Shown piece after piece: positions 57,903-64,000 of a stretch of DNA of 64,000 nt; the first letter of the stretch is position 1, and each line of letters starts with the position of its first letter. Below the pieces are notes generated by a model, which saw only the letters and a program-made list of their open reading frames with translations, was not told where the DNA came from and did no database searches. The stretch comes from an uncultured Gammaproteobacteria bacterium (GTDB taxonomy: Bacteria > Pseudomonadota > Gammaproteobacteria > Steroidobacterales > Rariloculaceae): contig CAWFPH010000002.1 of assembly GCA_963817615.1 (NCBI GenBank), forward strand, positions 1,305,959 to 1,369,958. Reading direction: 5' to 3'. A program made the translations under genes and the position numbers.

Positions 57903-59546
57903 TTAGGCGCGCGCGAAGGTCTCGGCGGAGGCGAGCGGCCAATAGAGCGAATACACGTTGTGCGGCCAGGGACTGCGCCCGCCGATCGCTTCCAGCAGCT
58001 CGCCGGGCTCGAGCAGCGGCAACAGGTTCGAGAGCAGGCGCACCTCGCCGTGCAGGGAGCGGCGCACGATGTGCGTCGGCCGAAACTCGTTCGGGTGCGA
58101 CAGGCCGGCAGCCTGCGTGAGCTCGCGCAACGCGTCGAGCGTGTGCCGGTGAAATTGGTACACGCGCTCCTGCTTGTTCGTCACCGCGAGAGCCTGCTGC
58201 CGCAGCGGGTCCTGCGTGGCGATGCCGGTGGGGCAGTTGCCGGTGTGACACGTTTGCGCCTGCAGGCAACCGAGCGCGAACATGAAGCCGCGCGCCGAGT
58301 TGCACCAGTCAGCGCCCAGCGCCAGCACGCGCGCGACGTCGAACGCGCTCACGATCTTGCCCGCCGCGCCGATCTTGATGCGGCCGCGCAGATTGAGTCC
58401 CACGAGCGTGTTGTGCACGAGCACCAACGCTTCTTGGAGCGGCGTGCCCACGTGGTCGGCGAACTCGAGCGGCGCTGCGCCCGTGCCGCCTTCGGAGCCG
58501 TCGACCACCACGAAATCCGGCGTCAAATCGGTCTCGAGCATCGCCTTGCAAATCGCAAACCACTCCCACGGGTGGCCGATACAGAGCTTGAAGCCGGTCG
58601 GCTTGCCGCCCGAGAGCCGGCGCAGCCGCTCGACGAACGTGAGCAACTCGACCGGCGTGGTGAACGCGCTGTGCCGCGCGGGGCTCACACAATCGACGCC
58701 GGCCGGAACGCCGCGCGCGGCCGCGATCTCCTCCGTGACCTTCGGGCCGGGCAGCACGCCGCCATGACCCGGCTTCGCGCCCTGGCTCAGCTTGATCTCG
58801 ATGACCTTCACCTGACCGTCGCTCGCGTTCGCGACGAAGCGCTCCTCGCTGAAGCGGCCGTTCGCGTCGCGGCAGCCGAAGTAGCCGGATGCGATCTCCC
58901 AAATCAGATCGCCGCCGTGCACGCGGTGGTAGCGGCTGATCGAGCCTTCGCCGGTGTCGTGGGCGAAGGCGCCCTTCTTCGCGCCGCCATTGAGCGCGAG
59001 GATCGCGTTCGCCGAGAGCGCGCCGAAGCTCATCGCGGAGATGTTGAAGATGCTGGCGTCGTAGGGCTGGGTGCAGCTCTCGCTCGAGCCGATCGTCGTG
59101 CGAAAGTCCGCCGACGCGATCTCGGTCGGCATCAGCGAATGGTTGATCCACTCGTAGCCCGCGGCCTGCAGATCGAGCTGCGTGCCGAACGGCCGCTTGT
59201 CGGGCTCGCCCTTCGCGCGCTGATAGACGATCGAGCGCTGCACGCGGGAGAACGGCGTGCGCTCGTTGTCGCTCTCGATGAAGTACTGCCGAATCTCCGG
59301 CCGCACGAACTCGAGCAGGAAGCGCAGATGCCCGATCACCGGATAGTTGCGCAGGATCGAGTGCTGGCGTTGCAGCGAATCCCGCGCGCCGAGACCGACG
59401 AGGCCCAAGCACACGATCATCGCGATGCCGCCGCTCTGCGTCTGCGACCAGTACAGCCCGAACGCGGCCGCGAGCAGGAAGCTCAGGGCCCAGGCGCTGT
59501 AGCGAACCGGGAAATAGCGATCGATCTTGCCAAGCCAGGCGTGCAC
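57903..59546 (-). CDS. FMN-binding glutamate synthase family protein (stand-alone, membrane-anchored)
   Basis: Two N-terminal TMs, RNYPVIGH, ISAMSFGALS, HDTGEG, EIKLSQGAKPGHGG, DGSEGGTGAAP, GCLQAQTCHTGNCP. Confidence 0.93.
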   Translation of the reverse strand: MHAWLGKIDRYFPVRYSAWALSFLLAAAFGLYWSQTQSGGIAMIVCLGLVGLGARDSLQRQHSILRNYPVIGHLRFLLEFVRPEIRQYFIESDNERTPFSRVQRSIVYQRAKGEPDKRPFGTQLDLQAAGYEWINHSLMPTEIASADFRTTIGSSESCTQPYDASIFNISAMSFGALSANAILALNGGAKKGAFAHDTGEGSISRYHRVHGGDLIWEIASGYFGCRDANGRFSEERFVANASDGQVKVIEIKLSQGAKPGHGGVLPGPKVTEEIAAARGVPAGVDCVSPARHSAFTTPVELLTFVERLRRLSGGKPTGFKLCIGHPWEWFAICKAMLETDLTPDFVVVDGSEGGTGAAPLEFADHVGTPLQEALVLVHNTLVGLNLRGRIKIGAAGKIVSAFDVARVLALGADWCNSARGFMFALGCLQAQTCHTGNCPTGIATQDPLRQQALAVTNKQERVYQFHRHTLDALRELTQAAGLSHPNEFRPTHIVRRSLHGEVRLLSNLLPLLEPGELLEAIGGRSPWPHNVYSLYWPLASAETFARA

Positions 59547-59689
59547 GCCACTCCCTCGCCGCCCCGCGACGTGTGCCTATCGTCGGCTCGGACGCCCGTA
59601 TCTTGAGGAAGAGCGTCGCAAAACGCGAATGGCGGCGGCTTCGCACGCTCGGGCGGCGCAACGGCAAAGGCCGCCGCGCCGCCGGCAGA

Positions 59690-61039
59690 TCAGCGCGAAT
59701 AGGAGATGCGGTAGATCACGTTGCCGTCGTCGTCGCCGAGCAAGAGCGAGCCGTCGTTCGTCTCGACGATCTCCGACGGCCGCGCCCACGGCTTGCCGTC
59801 CGGGCCGATGAAGCCGACCAGGAAGTCGACGTATTGGCCGGTCGGCTTGCCGTTCTCGATCGGTACCCGGACGACCTTGTGGCCCGTGCGGCTCGAGCGG
59901 TTCCACGATCCATGGAATACCGCGAACGCGTCGCCGACGTATTCCGACGGGAACGCCGAGCTGCCCGACTTCGCGGTATAGAACGTAAAGCCGACGGATG
60001 CGGAGTGCGCTTGGTAGGGCACGTCGGGCGTGATCGTCTTGCCCGCTAGGTCCGGACGCTCGCCTTTGTGCCGCGGGTCCTCGTGGTTGCCCATGTAGTA
60101 CCAGGGCCAGCCGTAGAACCCGCCTTCCTTCACGCTCGTCGAATAGTCCGGCACGAGGTTGTCGCCGAGCGCGTCGCGCTCGTTGACCGTGCACCAAAGA
60201 TCGCCCGTGCCGGGCTGCACCGCCAGCGCGACGCAATTGCGGATGCCGGTCGCGTACGGCTTGCCGGGCTGGTTCGAGCCGACGTCGAACACGAGCACGT
60301 CGGCGCGATTCGTCTCGCCGCCCCAGGCGGCGCCGAGGCCGTGCTCGGCCTCCCACGATTTGATCTCGGCCGGGCTCTTCTTAGGCATGTCCTCGGCCAC
60401 GTTCGAGCCGGAGCCGACCGAGACGAACATACGCTTGCCGTCGGGCGAGAACGCGAGGTCGCGCGTGTAGTGGCCCATGCCGGAGGACGGCGCGAGCTGC
60501 TGGACGACGACCTCGGGATCGGCCGACGCCTTGTTGTCGCCGACCTTGTACTTGAACCGCACGACGCGGTTGTTCTCCGCGACGTACAGCCACTGCGGGT
60601 TGTCACCGGCCGGGTAGAACTGCAGCCCGAACGGTCGGTCGAGCCCCTGCGTGAAGACGCTCGAGCTCGCGACGCTCGTGCCGTCCGCCGACGGATGCAG
60701 CACCTTGACGCGGCCCGCTTGCGTCTCGGACAGGAAGATGTCGCCGTTCGGCGCGATGCGCATGATGCGCGGCTTCTCGACGTCGCGCGTGAATACCGCG
60801 AGCTTGAACCCGGGCGGTAGCTTCACCTGCGCATCGTCGGGTTTCGGAACGATCCGCGGAAAATCCGCCGACGACTGCGATGGCGCGGGCAGCGCCGCAA
60901 CGTCGATGCGATGCTCGCGGCCCGGTGCGTCGTTTTTCCAATTCTGCGCGTTGTCGCTCGCCGCTTGCGCCCCCGCCCCTTCCGAGAAGAAAACCGCTGC
61001 CGCCAGCGTAACGCCGGCGATGAGAAATCGAGTCGCCAT
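59690..61039 (-). CDS. secreted glucose/sorbosone dehydrogenase family (PQQ-type) protein
   Basis: Signal peptide, LPPGFK, APNGD, PFGL, GHYTR, SVGSGSN, GIRN, NERDALGDNLVPDY, YGWP, HGSWNR, DDDGNVIYRI. Confidence 0.9.
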   Translation of the reverse strand: MATRFLIAGVTLAAAVFFSEGAGAQAASDNAQNWKNDAPGREHRIDVAALPAPSQSSADFPRIVPKPDDAQVKLPPGFKLAVFTRDVEKPRIMRIAPNGDIFLSETQAGRVKVLHPSADGTSVASSSVFTQGLDRPFGLQFYPAGDNPQWLYVAENNRVVRFKYKVGDNKASADPEVVVQQLAPSSGMGHYTRDLAFSPDGKRMFVSVGSGSNVAEDMPKKSPAEIKSWEAEHGLGAAWGGETNRADVLVFDVGSNQPGKPYATGIRNCVALAVQPGTGDLWCTVNERDALGDNLVPDYSTSVKEGGFYGWPWYYMGNHEDPRHKGERPDLAGKTITPDVPYQAHSASVGFTFYTAKSGSSAFPSEYVGDAFAVFHGSWNRSSRTGHKVVRVPIENGKPTGQYVDFLVGFIGPDGKPWARPSEIVETNDGSLLLGDDDGNVIYRISYSR

Positions 61040-61176
61040 GTCGTGGCCCCCCTGTCGTCGTTCTGTTCGGTACATTCTGACATATCCGTTGCGGCGAGAT
61101 GGGACCGTCGCGGCCGCTCAGGGTGCCGCTTCGGCAGCCGCGCTCACGCCGCCGCAGTGCCGCTGCGCCGCGCCGC

Positions 61177-62166
61177 TCAGGGCACCGCCGCCTCGACGAG
61201 ACCCGTGAAGCCGAGCGGCGCCGCTCGGAGGAATTGGAAGCCCGCCGCGTCCACCACGTTGCGCCACTGCGCTTCGGTGCGCTCGCGACCCGCCGCGAAC
61301 ACCAGCATCTCGATGTCGAGGTCGATCGGAAAGCCGCCGAGCGCGTTCTCGTCGACGACTGCTTCGATCAGAAGGAGCCTGGCACCGCTCGGCGCGCTCG
61401 CCTTCAGATTCCGCAGAATCTTCACGGCATCTGCGTCCGACCAATCGTGGATCACGGTCATCATCACGTACAGATCGCAGGCCGGAATCGGATCCTTGAA
61501 GAAGTCGCCGCCGAAGTAGGTGATGCGCGGATGGGCGGCGGCCTTCGCTTGCGCGATCACCTCCGGCAGCTCGAACAGCACGCCCTTCGCGGCCGGCGCC
61601 GCGTTCAAGATGGCGCCGAGCAGATGCCCCATGCCGCCGCCGATGTCGCCGATCGTCTTGAAGCCGCTGAAGTCATAGGCGCCGAGCGCGGGGCCGATCT
61701 GCGCGAACGATTTGCCGACCATCGCCTCGTTGAAGATGCGGCCGTCGTCGGGATGCGTGCGCAAGTGCTCGAACAGGCCGCCCGGCACCACCGCATCGGT
61801 CGCCGACTCGCCGGTTTTCAGGCTATGCGCGAGATCGCGGAAGACGTCCCAATGGAGCGGGAGTCCCATCATGCGCGCGAGCGAGCGCATCGAGGCCGGG
61901 TCGTTGCTGCGCAGCAGGCGCGAGGCCGGGTTGTGCAAGAAGCGGCCGTTGCGCAACGCGAAAACGCCGTGATTCGCGAGCGCGCGCAGGATCCTGTGCA
62001 GCGCATCGGCGTTGGTGCCGGTCTTCGCGGCGAGCGCGGCGGCGGTCTGCGGCTCGTCCCCGAGCGCATCGGCGATGCCGAAGTCGGCGACCGCGTGCAG
62101 ACAGCGCGACGCCCAATAAGCCGTGGACAAGCCGAGAATCGTTTCGGCGGGATGGCGTTCGGTCAT
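61177..62166 (-). CDS. O-methyltransferase, Methyltransf_2 type with dimerisation domain
   Basis: LHRILRAL, FNEAM, YDFSGF, DIGGGMG, ELPEV, GDFF, IHDWSD, ERT. Confidence 0.92.
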   Translation of the reverse strand: MTERHPAETILGLSTAYWASRCLHAVADFGIADALGDEPQTAAALAAKTGTNADALHRILRALANHGVFALRNGRFLHNPASRLLRSNDPASMRSLARMMGLPLHWDVFRDLAHSLKTGESATDAVVPGGLFEHLRTHPDDGRIFNEAMVGKSFAQIGPALGAYDFSGFKTIGDIGGGMGHLLGAILNAAPAAKGVLFELPEVIAQAKAAAHPRITYFGGDFFKDPIPACDLYVMMTVIHDWSDADAVKILRNLKASAPSGARLLLIEAVVDENALGGFPIDLDIEMLVFAAGRERTEAQWRNVVDAAGFQFLRAAPLGFTGLVEAAVP

Positions 62167-62363
62167 TTCTTCAATCTCCCAGAGTTTTTTTGAGTTTTCT
62201 TGAGCCGGCGGCCGGGACGAAACGCGTAGTATGCAACGAGCTGGGTCTCGTTCGACCGACGGTCTCGCCGGCGGTCCGATTATTCGTGCTCCGGCTCGGT
62301 TGCTCGGTTCGGGCGGTATCATTGTCGAACGTCATCGCGCCGAACATTTCGGGGGAAAAAGTG

Positions 62364-63164
62364 ATGCAAAACGTACGGGTGCTTTGCAAAGTCGTCGCTT
62401 CTGCCGCCGCGATCGTCGCGTGCGCGACGCTGTCGGCCGCGGAGCCCGAGCATCCGGATCTCACGGGCGTCTGGACGATGCACCGCGAGCCGGGGCAGCG
62501 CGGCTTTTCGGGATTCGGCGGGCCGCGGGCCGATCTGCCGCTCACCGAGGAAGGTCGGCGGCGGCTCGAGGAATACCGCAAGCTGCTCGGTCCGGAGAAC
62601 GCGAACCCGGCCGCTTACTGCGTGGACTACGGCATGCCGACGATGATGGAGCAGCCCGGAGCCTACCCGCTCGAGTTCATTCAGAAGCCCGACCAAATCA
62701 CCATCATCTACGAGGTCGAGAGTGAGATGCGGCGCATCTATCTCGGCGATCGCCATCTGCCGTCCGACCGCCGGTTGCCGAGCCGCGACGGCTATTCCGA
62801 AGGCCATTGGGAAGGCAACACCCTGGTCGTGAAGACCACGGACCTCGAGGACGGCCAGGATCAGAACGCCCATCCGCACAGTGATCAGGCGACGATCGAG
62901 GAGCGGTTCACGCTCGGCAAGGACGACAGCGGCAAGAAGCTCATCAGTTACGAGGCGTCGCTCATCGATCCCGTCTACTACACCGCGCCCGTGAAGATCT
63001 CGCGCAAGTGGGAGCCGTTGCCGAACGGCTTCATCATTCCGTATCACTGCCCGGACGAGTTTTGGTACGCGCTGCTCGACCTGCGGCGCAAGCAGTTGAA
63101 GGAAGGCAAGCCCGTCACCGCGCGCATGAGCGACGTCTACAAGGCGCGCGAAGCGAAGGAATGA
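62364..63164 (+). CDS. secreted DUF6152-partner protein (module component B)
   Basis: Signal peptide, PDLTGVW, PLT, NPAAYCVDYGMP, RRIYL, GYSEGHWEGNTLVVKT, HSD, EERF, DPVYYTAP, YHC. Confidence 0.85.
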   Translation: MQNVRVLCKVVASAAAIVACATLSAAEPEHPDLTGVWTMHREPGQRGFSGFGGPRADLPLTEEGRRRLEEYRKLLGPENANPAAYCVDYGMPTMMEQPGAYPLEFIQKPDQITIIYEVESEMRRIYLGDRHLPSDRRLPSRDGYSEGHWEGNTLVVKTTDLEDGQDQNAHPHSDQATIEERFTLGKDDSGKKLISYEASLIDPVYYTAPVKISRKWEPLPNGFIIPYHCPDEFWYALLDLRRKQLKEGKPVTARMSDVYKAREAKE

Positions 63165-63222
63165 TTCGAAGGTTCAACCCGCGTGCGCGGATAGCTGCAC
63201 GCGCGAAGCGAGGAGATTGAAA

Positions 63223-63663
63223 ATGTCCATCATGAGAAAGTTCGTCGTCGCAGTGAGCGCCCCGGCGCTCGTGCTTTGCGCCATGGCGGCGTCGGCGCAT
63301 CATTCCGCCGCGCAGTTCGACTTCAGCAAGAAGGTCACGATCCACGGCATCGTCAAGGAGTTCAACGTGATCAACCCGCACACCGAGGCGGTGGTCGAGG
63401 TGACGGACGACAAGGGCACGCGCGACGTTTCGTTCGAAGGCCACAGCGCGAGCAACTTTTATCGCGCGGGCTATACGCGCGACATGGTGCACGCGGGCGA
63501 CAAGATCGACATATTGATCGCGCCGCGCCACGACGGCCAGGACGGCGGCTTCATTCAAGCGTTCACGGTGAACGGCCGCACGGTCGGGTTCGGCGGGCTC
63601 TCGCCGACCGGCCAACCCCTCGAGAAGGGCGGGGCATCCGGCACGGCCACGTCGTCGAACTGA
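63223..63663 (+). CDS. DUF6152-type secreted protein (module component A)
   Basis: AGGAG RBS. ASA/HHSAAQFD, HGIVKEF-x-x-INPH, FEG, RAGY, GDKI, PRHDG. Confidence 0.86.
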   Translation: MSIMRKFVVAVSAPALVLCAMAASAHHSAAQFDFSKKVTIHGIVKEFNVINPHTEAVVEVTDDKGTRDVSFEGHSASNFYRAGYTRDMVHAGDKIDILIAPRHDGQDGGFIQAFTVNGRTVGFGGLSPTGQPLEKGGASGTATSSN

Positions 63664-63690
63664 GGCACGGGTCTTCGGACGCAGGCATGT

Positions 63691-63718
63691 GCCGCCGCGC
63701 TAGTAGTCGCGCGGCGGC
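63691..63718. terminator. inverted repeat between convergent genes
   Basis: GCCGCCGCGC-tagtagtc-GCGCGGCGGC 10-bp stem after the stop at 63663. Confidence 0.5.
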
Positions 63719-63767
63719 CGCTCTCTAGGCCGCCCCGAGCCCCGCGGCATGCGGCCGCTGCGAAGGC

Positions 63768-64000
63768 TTACAAATTGCAGTGATGCGCGTCGGCGACCTT
63801 CGCGAGCTCCACGCCGCGCATGAACTGCGGCGATGCGGCGAGCTGATTCACCGTCGCATTCAGTAATTGCGGATTGGCCGCCTGAGCCTGTGCGGCGGCA
63901 TGACTGGCGCCGCCGAGCCCCAGACCCTTGCCGATTCCCTTGAAGAAACCGCCATGCCTCTTCGCGTGCTCGGCGGAGGCAGCGCCGGCCGTGGTTGCAA
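63768..64000 (-). CDS. 3' end of a hypothetical protein entering from the right edge
   Basis: Own translation: ...ATTAGAASAEHAKRHGGFFKGIGKGLGLGG...FMRGVELAKVADAHHCNL-stop(63768). GC-rich third codon positions. Confidence 0.55.
   Translation of the reverse strand, partial: ATTAGAASAEHAKRHGGFFKGIGKGLGLGGASHAAAQAQAANPQLLNATVNQLAASPQFMRGVELAKVADAHHCNL

Overview
High-GC bacterial chromosomal window. Gene content (typA, ahpC/ahpD with an OxyR-type box, FkpA-type PPIase, TonB-dependent receptor, DUF6152 genes) suggests an environmental Gram-negative bacterium, probably a gammaproteobacterium (inference). About 58 densely packed CDSs: oxidative-stress genes, two PPIases, many secreted or periplasmic hydrolases and oxidoreductases, several methyltransferases and regulators. 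I saw no rRNA, tRNA, CRISPR array, integrase or transposase. The strongest candidate for an undescribed system is a secreted two-part module: a DUF6152-type small protein whose predicted mature N-terminus is His-His-Ser and which carries an NPH motif (histidine-brace-like), plus a partner domain with two conserved Cys. It occurs three times here in three architectures (A-B at 16.3-17.6 kb, fused AB at 34.3-35.4 kb, B-A at 62.4-63.7 kb). Other notable items: an inositol-monophosphatase-fold protein with Asp metal ligands replaced by Cys and His, a di-heme oxidoreductase pseudogene, a Cys-rich TonB receptor next to a prolyl-4-hydroxylase-like oxygenase, an orphan ECF42-type promoter, several apparently leaderless genes and an AAC(3) homologue. 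All family assignments come from motif recognition by eye, not from database searches.
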